This document shows, in pieces, positions 8,472 to 16,983 of a stretch of 52,981 nt of DNA (position 1 is its first letter; the number at the start of each line of letters is the position of its first letter). Source of the DNA: a virus; UHGV virus genome UHGV-1367038. One strand, given 5' to 3'. The position numbers were made by a program, and so were the translations under genes. The notes beneath the pieces were generated by a model. The model worked only from the letters and a program-made list of their open reading frames with translations. It was not told the DNA's origin and ran no database searches.

Positions 8472-9893
8472 TTAAAAAGATGCTTTATTCTGGTTGTTTC
8501 GTGGCGAGAATCGGCTTACCGCCGGACGTTGTTGCATTGACTGGATGCAAGCTGACGCCGCGCGGGCCTGGTCACACGGTAATATGTTGCCGTTGTCGTC
8601 AAAACGCTGGTAAACAGTCCCGGTTTTTCCGTGACGGTTTTTTGAAACGATAATCTCCATGTATTCGCGTGCAACAGATTGTTCGTTGTAGTAGCCGTCG
8701 CGGTATACCATGATGATCCGGTCTGCGTCCTGTTCAAGATTGCCGGAATCGCGCAGATCAGAATTGTTCGGTCGCTTGTTCGGTCGTTCCTCGACGCGGC
8801 GGGATAATTGCGCCAGCGCCGCCACTGGTACGCGCAATTCTTTCGCCATCATTTTCAACGACCATGATAATTGCCCTACAGCGAGATCATGACGTTCGGC
8901 CTTAGCCAGCTTCATTAACCCGATGTAGTCAATCATTACCATACCCAGGTTAGGGTGATCCTGTTTCATTCGTTCGGCGGTGGCGCGTATTTCCTCGACC
9001 GTTAACTGTGATGCGTCAACAATCCATACTTCAAGATCAGCAAGTGCGCTCATACCCTGGGCTACGTGCGCCCATCCTTCATCATCAAGTTTTACCGGGT
9101 TACGCAGGCAATCAGTTGATAAGTTCCCAGCGCCAGCTATAGCGCGTTCGGTCATTTGATCAAGCGACATTTCAAGCGTAAAGAGCAAAACACCGACCCG
9201 CTGGCCTTCGCCGCCAGGGTAGGGGCGTTCAGCCGCCGAGCGGGCTATTGCTAACGCTAACGCTGATTTGCCAGACCCAGGACGTCCGGCGATAAGCACA
9301 AGATCAGTGGCGTTAATGCCGCCTAACATTTCGTCGAGTGGTTCTATCCCTGTTTTTATGTTGTCAGAATTGACACCGCATTCCATGCGCTTACTTAAAA
9401 CTTCCGTGTACTCCTGTACTGCGTCGCGCAACAGTACCGGAAGGATCTTGTCTTTCGTTACCTTTAATTTTGAATACCGGGAATCAAAATCCTTCATCGT
9501 CTCCTTGACAACCTCAAGCGTCCCCGTTTCCAGCTTGTAGCGAACGTCTTCCATTAGCTCCAGCATTTGCCGCCGCTGGTGTTCTTCCTGTAGTAGCTGC
9601 GCGTACCCTTTCAGGTTGGCAGCAGAAGGACACGATCGCGCCGTTTGCATTAGCGGTATGAAATTTTCGTTACCGATTTCATCACCAACCAATAACGCGT
9701 CGATAAGATTTCTGTTTCTGGCTTGCGCCCTGATGATTTCGAACGCGCGCCTGTACAGAGGAATAGTGAATACATCAGGATCGAGTGTAGCAAGAACATC
9801 TTGCGCGTTAGGAGTAAGCCCGCCTAACAGGAGGCCACCTATAACAGCCGCTTCGCGCTCCTGCCGCAATGAGTTCACTTGCTCAGTTATCAT
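8472..9893 (-). CDS. dnaB: Replicative DNA helicase (DnaB family)
   Basis: 473 aa; Walker A GRPGSGKSALALAIA; DnaB-like N- and C-terminal domains. Confidence 0.9.
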   Translation of the reverse strand: MITEQVNSLRQEREAAVIGGLLLGGLTPNAQDVLATLDPDVFTIPLYRRAFEIIRAQARNRNLIDALLVGDEIGNENFIPLMQTARSCPSAANLKGYAQLLQEEHQRRQMLELMEDVRYKLETGTLEVVKETMKDFDSRYSKLKVTKDKILPVLLRDAVQEYTEVLSKRMECGVNSDNIKTGIEPLDEMLGGINATDLVLIAGRPGSGKSALALAIARSAAERPYPGGEGQRVGVLLFTLEMSLDQMTERAIAGAGNLSTDCLRNPVKLDDEGWAHVAQGMSALADLEVWIVDASQLTVEEIRATAERMKQDHPNLGMVMIDYIGLMKLAKAERHDLAVGQLSWSLKMMAKELRVPVAALAQLSRRVEERPNKRPNNSDLRDSGNLEQDADRIIMVYRDGYYNEQSVAREYMEIIVSKNRHGKTGTVYQRFDDNGNILPCDQARAASACIQSMQQRPAVSRFSPRNNQNKASF

Positions 9894-9911
9894 TATGGAA
9901 TTACCTCATGT

Positions 9912-11030
9912 TTACAAAATGGAATATTCAGGGTAATAAACAAAGCGCCCAATTTCTCCATGAGCCGGGCTGTAAATAATCACCGCCGCCAGCCGCCGTG
10001 AACGCCAGCCGCCATTCGTCGAGTAAGCATCTTTGCCAGCTAACGTTCCGTGATACTCGACAACGCCTAACGATGATTCAATCAGCCGCTGGTGATGCCA
10101 GTGTCCGCAATGAGCGTAAACCGACGACGATTTACCGAAATCCTCCCGCCAGTCAGAAACACAGGCAGCAAGTAAGGTTTCTGGTTTTTTGATGGTGTGT
10201 CCGTGGTGGTAAGCAAGGAATGTTTTTCCGTATTGTGTGTGGTGGACGATAGCAGGGGACACATCAACCGTTACGCGCGGTTCATCTTCGTAAAAAGCCG
10301 CCAGCGCCGCACGTAGCCAAATCATCCCCGACTGATCGTGATTGCCGGATAACACCTGGATCTCGACGTCCTTATGGTTTAACAACATTTTCCCCACCGC
10401 ACGCCGGACCGACCGGATCGCCACATAAACAAGTTTTGCGTAGCGTGAATCGCAATCTAAGACGTGATTACTTGATGGCGTCACTGGTAATAGCCCGTCC
10501 GTGTGAAGCACATCACCGCCGAGAAGCAATACAGCTTTTTCAGACGTTGGTGCAGCGCCTACAGCGTAGTCAAAGAAGTCATTTAACACGCGTTCAGCGA
10601 TCCCGGTGTCGTAGCTTTCTCCGCATTCAGCTTTATGCGCAAGCGCCCCGATATGCAGATCGAATACCGGATAAAGGGCCAGGCTTTTCTGAAAATCAAT
10701 TTCCGGCACTGGCACGGCTTCCGCGCGCGGCATTTCTTCCGTAAATGCGTCACAAGCTGCCTGCATTAGCCTTTCCATTTCCTCACGGTCACGGGCCGTT
10801 TTAATCCAGCGCATGATTACATTGCCATCTTTATCAACGAGCAATGATTCACCATTGACACCAAAACCCGGCGCGCGGCGCGTGGATATTAAACCGCGTT
10901 TCGCCAGCCGTGCGCCCAGGCGCTCGACGTTGCGTTTTGCCATGCCGTACTTCTCAGCGATCTGTTTATACGTCAGGCCGCTGTTATGTTCAGCGATTAA
11001 TTCCTCATCGCTGATCTTTCTTTGTGACAT
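9912..11030 (-). CDS. HTH domain fused to calcineurin-like metallophosphoesterase (Mre11/SbcD-like motifs)
   Basis: N-terminal HTH (LTYKQIAEKYGMAKRNVERL); DLH, GGDVLH, GNHD, GHWHH motifs; start taken at ATG 11030 with GAGGA RBS (alternative 11045). Confidence 0.6.
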   Translation of the reverse strand: MSQRKISDEELIAEHNSGLTYKQIAEKYGMAKRNVERLGARLAKRGLISTRRAPGFGVNGESLLVDKDGNVIMRWIKTARDREEMERLMQAACDAFTEEMPRAEAVPVPEIDFQKSLALYPVFDLHIGALAHKAECGESYDTGIAERVLNDFFDYAVGAAPTSEKAVLLLGGDVLHTDGLLPVTPSSNHVLDCDSRYAKLVYVAIRSVRRAVGKMLLNHKDVEIQVLSGNHDQSGMIWLRAALAAFYEDEPRVTVDVSPAIVHHTQYGKTFLAYHHGHTIKKPETLLAACVSDWREDFGKSSSVYAHCGHWHHQRLIESSLGVVEYHGTLAGKDAYSTNGGWRSRRLAAVIIYSPAHGEIGRFVYYPEYSIL

Positions 11031-11159
11031 AACGTTATTCCTCATGTTTACAGAATGTATATTTATTTTCCGTAAAACGCGCTACAACGCAAAATCCCAC
11101 CGCGTAACCCACTTATAAGAGTGCAGTGTCTTTCTTGCGTCAGAGGCGCTATCAGGTGG

Positions 11160-11393
11160 CTATTTTTTGATTTTTAAGATGACATAAACGTTAGCTTGTT
11201 GGCGTCCATGCAATTTACTCCTGCAAATGGCTATTACTCCGGCCTGTTCCAGAGATCGGATCGCTAGCTTAACACTTTGCCGACTCACTCCCAACCTGTC
11301 AGCAAGCATGATAAGTGATATTTGATAACCTCCCGTCCGGCAATGCACAGCCAGCAGATCGTAAACTTTACGCTCAGTTTTGGTTAATTTCAT
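11160..11393 (-). CDS. Small winged-helix DNA-binding protein
   Basis: 77 aa; wHTH pattern LADRLGVSRQSVKLAIRSLEQAGVI. Confidence 0.5.
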   Translation of the reverse strand: MKLTKTERKVYDLLAVHCRTGGYQISLIMLADRLGVSRQSVKLAIRSLEQAGVIAICRSKLHGRQQANVYVILKIKK

Positions 11394-11520
11394 GAAAAGC
11401 CCTTAAACGCTCTATAACGAAGAAAACGCATTAAGCCAAGCAAGTCTAGCACTTGATATGTTTTATCGCGTTAGTGGCGCGTTTAAGTTGGTTATTTGGG
11501 GTTTTTGTGAAGCTTGGTAG

Positions 11521-12513
11521 TCAAAGAGCGCCAGCGCGGGTGTCGCGTAGCGTTTTTGGTTTTAGTAAGAAATCTAGTGTCGCAGTGAAGCCATTGCCGA
11601 AGTAAAAATCTGAGGCCGTATTTTTGAACGCTTCGAAGTAGCTGATAAAGCCTTTGATGCTTTTATCTTTCAGGTAGTCAGAGAACGCATAAATTTTACG
11701 TTCCAGATCCCGATCAAGTTCAGCAGGTGGTAACAGGCCATCAAACGTGCTGTTAAATGCTTCCACTACGTCGGCGGCGTTTACGGTAGCTGATAGCTTG
11801 CGCCATTGTTCAGCATCAGCCAGATACCCATCGAATTTAGTTACCCGGCAAATGTTAATAGGCTTAGGCACTCCACCACGACTACGCCATTGAGTCAAAG
11901 CCCATTCAATTACTAATGTGATCTCATCCTCCGTATATGCCTTACGTGTTTTTGTTTCTGTCAGTAGTTCGATAAATGGTTTTGCGTCACGACATTTGCA
12001 TCCTGCCTTGTCGTTGTAGAAGGCTAGGCAACGCAATGCTGCCAAATTAGCCGCCTGATCTTCTTCGCTAATAGGCCCGTCTTTTTCCAATACACGGAGT
12101 GTATTGTTTTTAATGTTCTCTTTACTGGTTATATATGACTGATTAGGGTGTCTCTCTGACACTACCCCCGGTGTCACAGTGACACTACCCTGGTGTCTCT
12201 CTGACACTACCCCCGGTGTCTCTCTGACACTACCCTGTAATGATGGTAAGACGATTACATAGAAGTTACTTGTTTGCTCTTTTCCTCCTATTAGATATCG
12301 AGGTTGCTTAATCAATAACCCTTTCTCACAAAGAGCATCAATAGCCCGCATAGCTGTGCTTTTGCCTATTTCGCATTGCTTTGCTATGTGCTGGTAAGAA
12401 GGGTAACATTCGCCGTTATCGTTAGCGTTATCAGCCAACTTTAACAGCACAAGTTTGTGCATTGGGTTGCCGACTTCAGTATGAAAGACTTCAACCATTA
12501 GCCGCATACTCAT
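11521..12513 (-). CDS. Replication initiator (lambda O-like, N-terminal HTH) containing origin iterons
   Basis: HTH (SYQHIAKQCEIGKSTAMRAIDALCEKGLL); four iterons inside the ORF; AGGAGG RBS before ATG 12513 (alternative 12519; listed start 12561 is TTG). Confidence 0.7.
   Translation of the reverse strand: MSMRLMVEVFHTEVGNPMHKLVLLKLADNANDNGECYPSYQHIAKQCEIGKSTAMRAIDALCEKGLLIKQPRYLIGGKEQTSNFYVIVLPSLQGSVRETPGVVSERHQGSVTVTPGVVSERHPNQSYITSKENIKNNTLRVLEKDGPISEEDQAANLAALRCLAFYNDKAGCKCRDAKPFIELLTETKTRKAYTEDEITLVIEWALTQWRSRGGVPKPINICRVTKFDGYLADAEQWRKLSATVNAADVVEAFNSTFDGLLPPAELDRDLERKIYAFSDYLKDKSIKGFISYFEAFKNTASDFYFGNGFTATLDFLLKPKTLRDTRAGAL
12147..12236. repeat. Four tandem ~22-bp iterons (GGTGTCTCTCTGACACTACCCC), candidate replication origin
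   Basis: Direct repeats each containing a GTGTC..GACAC palindrome; AT-rich segment on the gene-downstream side; inside O-like gene. Confidence 0.7.
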
Positions 12514-12821
12514 AAACATTGGCCTCCTATGGTTAAAATGAACGCGCGGGCGGGTATCCAATTAGCATTAGATAGCGGTGAGTGACCGCTTAACAGATCC
12601 CGCCGTTGCGTGATATTTGTCTTTCGCTTCGCAGCGACACCGGATTTTTAAAGAGCATGAGGTATGCGCCTTTTTGTGCTATTCCGTTATCTTTTTTCTT
12701 GCGTCTTTGCAACTATGGCCTTACCTTGTCTGCAAGTTTACAGAATGGAGTTTTTAGATCAAGACTTGAAAAATACATTTTGTGACTTGTATCAAACTTT
12801 TTGAGGTTATAGGGTAGCGAC

Positions 12822-13469
12822 ATGAAAACAAAATGGTATGACTTAGCAAAGCAGCTCATGCGAGCGCAAGGCATGAGCCAGGATTCACTCGCGGATCTCA
12901 TGGGGATAACTAAAGGCGGCCTGTCACACTGGCTTAACGGTCGCCGCGAGCCAAATCTTGAAGATATTGCGCGGATTATGCGGGCACTTGGTCGTCGGCA
13001 GTTCACTGTTACCCATGATGGAATGGTCATTGATGATTCTGTTTCTAACACGTTACCGGGAGCGCCGCAGCGTGATTTAGGCAGTTACCCGGTTGTTGAC
13101 TGGAAGGACACAGTAAACAATATGGAAGATACAAGGCGATCAACATTACCACACGTTACGACTAGCGTTATTTGTTCAGATGATAGTTACTGGCTGGTTG
13201 CTAAAGGTGAATCAATGAACGCGCCGCAGGGGTTGAGCATCCCTGCCGGGACGATGATACTTGTTGACCCACACGCGCCAGCTATCGATGGAAAGCTGGT
13301 TATAGCACAGCTTGAGGAAGGGCAAATACCGACGTTTAAACAGTTGATTATTGATGGAGGTCAAAGGCTTTTACGTTCGCTTAACCCGCTGTATCCACCA
13401 ATCCCCATGAATCCTGAATCGAAAATCATAGGCGTGGTGGTGGACGCGAAGATCGTAAACCTGCCATAA
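12822..13469 (+). CDS. cI: CI-like repressor (HTH plus S24 LexA-like peptidase domain)
   Basis: 215 aa; N-terminal XRE HTH; C-terminal AKGESM serine motif; ATG 8 nt after a TATAGG -10-like hexamer (possibly leaderless). Confidence 0.85.
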   Translation: MKTKWYDLAKQLMRAQGMSQDSLADLMGITKGGLSHWLNGRREPNLEDIARIMRALGRRQFTVTHDGMVIDDSVSNTLPGAPQRDLGSYPVVDWKDTVNNMEDTRRSTLPHVTTSVICSDDSYWLVAKGESMNAPQGLSIPAGTMILVDPHAPAIDGKLVIAQLEEGQIPTFKQLIIDGGQRLLRSLNPLYPPIPMNPESKIIGVVVDAKIVNLP

Positions 13470-13475
13470 AAAATT

Positions 13476-13500
13476 AGCCGCCGAATGGCGGCTTTTCTTT
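13476..13500 (+). terminator. Rho-independent terminator after cI
   Basis: AGCCGCC-gaat-GGCGGCT then TTTCTTT. Confidence 0.7.
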
Positions 13501-13593
13501 GCCCTGAAAACACCAAAACGTAAACATAAAACGTGTTTTATTATTTAAATATCAATGACATATAAAATATTTTAAAAAAGTATACAAAATGGA

Positions 13594-13622
13594 TTGACTC
13601 GGTGTATCACGGGGCGTATATT
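13594..13622 (+). promoter_or_regulatory. pL-like sigma70 promoter
   Basis: TTGACT - 17 bp - TATATT; TATACAAAATGGA motif abuts the -35. Confidence 0.55.
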
Positions 13623-13664
13623 TCGAGGCAAAGGAGGTAGCAAGGCAGGGGAAAGAAGGTTACT

Positions 13665-13702
13665 TGCTCTTTAACAATCTGGTCAGCCGCTGGAAGTGCG
13701 GC
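13665..13702 (+). promoter_or_regulatory. nutL-like site: boxA-like TGCTCTTTAAC plus boxB-like hairpin GCCGC-tggaagt-GCGGC
   Basis: Between pL-like promoter and N-like gene, spacing as in lambda nut sites. Confidence 0.4.
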
Positions 13703-13758
13703 AATTAATGAAGATGATTTTTATTAAGTATCATCATGGGATATAAGGAGATCAGATT

Positions 13759-14049
13759 ATGACCGTAACAATTATGTATGGCAAATGTGATAGCAAAATA
13801 AATGCCAGGGAACGCAGAAGAATAAAAAGAGAAAACGAAAGAAAATCATCACCTGCAATCAATAAAACTGACAATGTTGATAAAGCTATTCGTTTTGCAA
13901 ACGTAGAAAGATGCAAACCGAATGGCATTAAAGAGCATCGCAAAGGTGCGGCAAAATGGTATGCGGAAAACGAAAGCGGCAATTACTACCACGCAACACA
14001 ACCGCGTAGTCTAGGGGAAAAACCCCTGGATAAAGTACGCTACAGATAA
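13759..14049 (+). CDS. N-like transcription antiterminator
   Basis: 96 aa basic protein; N-terminal MTVTIMYGK..INARERRRIKRENERK resembles the P22/lambda N arginine-rich motif; AAGGAG RBS; first gene after pL-like promoter. Confidence 0.55.
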   Translation: MTVTIMYGKCDSKINARERRRIKRENERKSSPAINKTDNVDKAIRFANVERCKPNGIKEHRKGAAKWYAENESGNYYHATQPRSLGEKPLDKVRYR

Positions 14050-14079
14050 TACAAAATGTAAACTTTCAAAGGTGACATT

Positions 14080-14202
14080 ATGGTTGTTCAGGCGCTTCAA
14101 TTCAAACTGGCTGTAGCGGAAATGCTTCACGATGCCGAAATGTGGAGCACCGCGAATAAAGCTTTATATGTAGTGTTAACAGCGAGGGAGATTAAAGGGT
14201 GA
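14080..14202 (+). CDS. Small hypothetical protein (40 aa)
   Basis: AAAGGTGA RBS; stop overlaps GTG start of erf. Confidence 0.35.
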   Translation: MVVQALQFKLAVAEMLHDAEMWSTANKALYVVLTAREIKG

Positions 14203-14840
14203 AAACAGAATTACATAAAAAGCTGTGGACTATTCAGCAGACGCTGAATGCGCCGAAAAGTCAGCGCAATAATTTTGGCGGTTATAATTATCGTTCGGCA
14301 GAAGATATTTTAGAGGCTGTTAAACCACTGCTTCAAAATATCACTCTGACGGTAAGTGATGAAATCGTCTTAATTGGCGAACGCTATTACGTGAAAGCTA
14401 CGGCGACACTAAGTGACGGTGAGGACGCGATAGCGGTAACTGCTTACGCAAGGGAGGAAGATAATAAGAAGGGAATGGATGCAAGCCAGCTAACAGGAGC
14501 AACATCAAGTTACGCGCGGAAATATGCTTTGAACGGTTTATTCTGCATAGACGATGCAAAAGACGCGGATACTGATGCTTACAGTAAGCAGACAGGCCAG
14601 CAGCCTAGACAGCAGAAAAACCAGCCAAAACAACAACAGCAGAAGCAGAAAGCGCCGCCAAATCCTGATGAAGTGTTAGCGCGTTTCTGTGATGCAGCAG
14701 CGAAAGCGCCGGACGCTAACAAGTTGCGTGAAATATTCGGTAAATGCTGGAAATTACTGCCGGAAGGATCGGAACATCGAGTTAAAGCAAAAGATGTTTA
14801 TGACATCCGGATCGCAGAGCTTAATGGGGAGATGAGCTAA
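14199..14840 (+). CDS. erf: ERF-family single-strand annealing protein
   Basis: 213 aa; NFGGYNYRSAEDILEAVKPLL typical of Erf; GTG start. Confidence 0.7.
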   Translation: MKTELHKKLWTIQQTLNAPKSQRNNFGGYNYRSAEDILEAVKPLLQNITLTVSDEIVLIGERYYVKATATLSDGEDAIAVTAYAREEDNKKGMDASQLTGATSSYARKYALNGLFCIDDAKDADTDAYSKQTGQQPRQQKNQPKQQQQKQKAPPNPDEVLARFCDAAAKAPDANKLREIFGKCWKLLPEGSEHRVKAKDVYDIRIAELNGEMS

Positions 14841-15289
14841 TGAGTTTAAATTCAATCACGCTTGGCGGGAATATCGGAAACGACATGGAAGTACGCTATA
14901 CGCAAAACGGGAAGGCGATTGGTAGTTTTCCGTTAGCTGTAACGAATGGCTACGGCGATAATAAGCGGGTAATGTGGATCACTTGTCTGGTATTCGGTGA
15001 GCGTGCTGAAAAATTAGCGCCGCATATCCGCAAGGGTGGAAAGATAGTGGTAAGCGGTCGCCTGGATGTTCGGCAATATGACCGGAACGACGGCACGAAA
15101 GGAACGGCGGTAGAAGTGGCGGTTAATGAATTCGAGTTTTGCAGCAGGAATGACCAACAGCAACAACAGCAGAAAGCGCAACCGCAAAACAATAATGGAA
15201 ACTATCCACCGCCGGATGATTTCGATCCAGACATTCCGTTTAGTCCTGTGGGGTTGCAATATGGACGACACAGAATCTACGCGCTATAA
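14840..15289 (+). CDS. ssb: Single-stranded DNA-binding protein with C-terminal extension
   Basis: OB-fold N-terminus; Gln/Pro-rich linker; DFDPDIPF followed by 15 extra residues before the stop. Confidence 0.8.
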   Translation: MSLNSITLGGNIGNDMEVRYTQNGKAIGSFPLAVTNGYGDNKRVMWITCLVFGERAEKLAPHIRKGGKIVVSGRLDVRQYDRNDGTKGTAVEVAVNEFEFCSRNDQQQQQQKAQPQNNNGNYPPPDDFDPDIPFSPVGLQYGRHRIYAL

Positions 15290-15782
15290 ACGATGTTTTA
15301 AATGTGGGGCATTATTGCCCCTTTCTTGTTTCTATAAAAATAAACAAATGGCTGATGGTCACGTAAATAAATGCAAGGAATGCACAAAACGAGATGTTAG
15401 AGATAATTACAGGAAAAATAGAGAATATTACAAGGAATATGACAGAATAAGAGATCAGTCGGAAGAAAGAAAGGAGATGAAAAGAAAGTATATTCAAACC
15501 GAAAAAGGCAAGGAAGCACATAAAAGATGTTGCGATAAATGGCAGGAAAATAACCAGAAGAAAAGACACGCTGAAATAATGGTAGGAAATGCCATCCGTG
15601 ATGGCAAGCTGGTCAAACAACCTTGCGAAGTATGCGGAAGAAGCGAACGCGTTCACGCTCACCATTGCGATTATGATAAGCCGTTAGACGTTATGTGGCT
15701 TTGTCCTATTTGCCATCGAGCGTGGCACAATGAGCATGGTGAAGGAGCCAACGCACATGACGAGGTGGTTAGCGATGGGTGA
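15261..15782 (+). CDS. HNH endonuclease with zinc-finger motifs
   Basis: CFKCG, CEVCG, HAHHCDYDKPLDVMWLCPICHRAWH; start at ATG 15261 inside SSB 3' end. Confidence 0.6.
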   Translation: MDDTESTRYKRCFKCGALLPLSCFYKNKQMADGHVNKCKECTKRDVRDNYRKNREYYKEYDRIRDQSEERKEMKRKYIQTEKGKEAHKRCCDKWQENNQKKRHAEIMVGNAIRDGKLVKQPCEVCGRSERVHAHHCDYDKPLDVMWLCPICHRAWHNEHGEGANAHDEVVSDG

Positions 15783-16053
15783 TTATTTAAAACAGCCACC
15801 GCCACCGCGAACAAAAGAGCAAGTACTAAAAGAAGCCCGTGATCAAATCGATCGCGGGTTTTTTATTACTGGCAGTTCGGCTGAACGGATGGCGAGAAGA
15901 TTTAGTGACCTGTACGCAAAGCAAATCTGGTTTGACAACTGGCAAGCGAGTTTTTACCCGCTACAGAAAACTGATGATATGCATTGGCCTGAATATGTCG
16001 ATCCACGTATGCGCAAATATCGCGGGCGTATGGGCCAGGTTATTAACGATTAA
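15775..16053 (+). CDS. Hypothetical protein
   Basis: GAGGTGG RBS; 92 aa. Confidence 0.5.
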   Translation: MGDYLKQPPPPRTKEQVLKEARDQIDRGFFITGSSAERMARRFSDLYAKQIWFDNWQASFYPLQKTDDMHWPEYVDPRMRKYRGRMGQVIND

Positions 16054-16067
16054 TGAGGTATTAAATC

Positions 16068-16292
16068 ATGGTCGAAGATAAAGAAGTCGATAAAGAAATG
16101 CCGGACGGTGCTGATGATCTTATTACTTTTAGCGGTGGTTTGTATGAATTCGAAACGTCTGCGGGTTGGCATGATCACTGGCACTTTCCAACGCGCAAGG
16201 AATTAAGCGAACGTAAATCATTTGGCGAAGATGCCGAACGTCTGGCTAATAACAAATGGCTTGATAAATTCATTGCGGAGGCTGAAAAATGA
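16068..16292 (+). CDS. Hypothetical acidic protein
   Basis: 74 aa ORF. Confidence 0.5.
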   Translation: MVEDKEVDKEMPDGADDLITFSGGLYEFETSAGWHDHWHFPTRKELSERKSFGEDAERLANNKWLDKFIAEAEK

Positions 16293-16402
16293 ATTTTGCA
16301 AAAATTGCAGCACTGGCTGCGGCGGTGGCGGTGGCTGCGCTATATCTTAGCCTATCGCTTTATATCACTGTGGCGATCATCAAGCTGATTACAACTATGT
16401 GA
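16289..16402 (+). CDS. Small membrane peptide (37 aa)
   Basis: ATGA overlap with upstream stop; MNFAKIAALAAAVAVAALYLSLSLYITVAIIKLITTM. Confidence 0.4.
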   Translation: MNFAKIAALAAAVAVAALYLSLSLYITVAIIKLITTM

Positions 16403-16409
16403 GGCAATC

Positions 16410-16532
16410 ATGAGAGTCAGTAAGGATATTGTGACGGTCGCATTTTGCGTTATTTGCTTCCTGTTTACTGTTATATTTTGCGGAGCACTTGCTGCGGTAG
16501 TGGCCTTTATTGGTAAGGGGGTGATGCTATGA
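16410..16532 (+). CDS. Small membrane peptide (40 aa)
   Basis: GAGG RBS; MRVSKDIVTVAFCVICFLFTVIFCGALAAVVAFIGKGVML; stop overlaps next start. Confidence 0.4.
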   Translation: MRVSKDIVTVAFCVICFLFTVIFCGALAAVVAFIGKGVML

Positions 16533-16801
16533 CTCCGTGGAATGCAAAGGCTGGTGATCTGGTTGTGCTTCCTGCATATCGTAGCGATCCAGGTCTTGTT
16601 GTGCTGAATAAATCATGTATAGAAATTGAACGCCCGATCCTGGTTAAGTACTTGGATGGAACAATTATAGAGCCTATTTTCTTTGACAAGATTGAGCTAA
16701 AGGCACGCAATGTTCGCGTTAAGCCGTTCCGGGCTTATGTTGAAAACCACTGGCGGCGGTTATTCGCCGGACTTAATGGGATGTTCGGAGTATGGCTATG
16801 A
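16529..16801 (+). CDS. Hypothetical protein
   Basis: 90 aa ORF, translationally coupled. Confidence 0.5.
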   Translation: MTPWNAKAGDLVVLPAYRSDPGLVVLNKSCIEIERPILVKYLDGTIIEPIFFDKIELKARNVRVKPFRAYVENHWRRLFAGLNGMFGVWL

Positions 16802-16983
16802 AATTAGTGAAGGTAAAAGACCTGAAAGGCGGCGAAAGATTAATGTCGTGGTTCGGGTATGAATTTATTGCTACTGACTTTTATTTCGGCCCTGGTGGGC
16901 AGGTAACAATATTCGATGAAGATTACGACGAGGTAGGACAATGGCATCTTGATCAATATGTCGAGGTGTTAAATGAAAATTAA
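16792..16983 (+). CDS. Hypothetical protein
   Basis: 63 aa ORF; GGAG RBS. Confidence 0.45.
   Translation: MAMKLVKVKDLKGGERLMSWFGYEFIATDFYFGPGGQVTIFDEDYDEVGQWHLDQYVEVLNEN

Noticed and set aside
12147-12236. Possibility that the 22-bp tandem repeats are a CRISPR array
   Set aside because: Repeats are directly adjacent with no spacers, lie inside an intact coding frame, and match the iteron-in-initiator-gene arrangement of lambdoid origins.
12713-13051. 112-aa minus-strand ORF overlapping the cI start, considered as a Cro candidate
   Set aside because: It lies antisense to the well-supported cI gene for most of its length, has no HTH pattern and no RBS; judged a shadow ORF.
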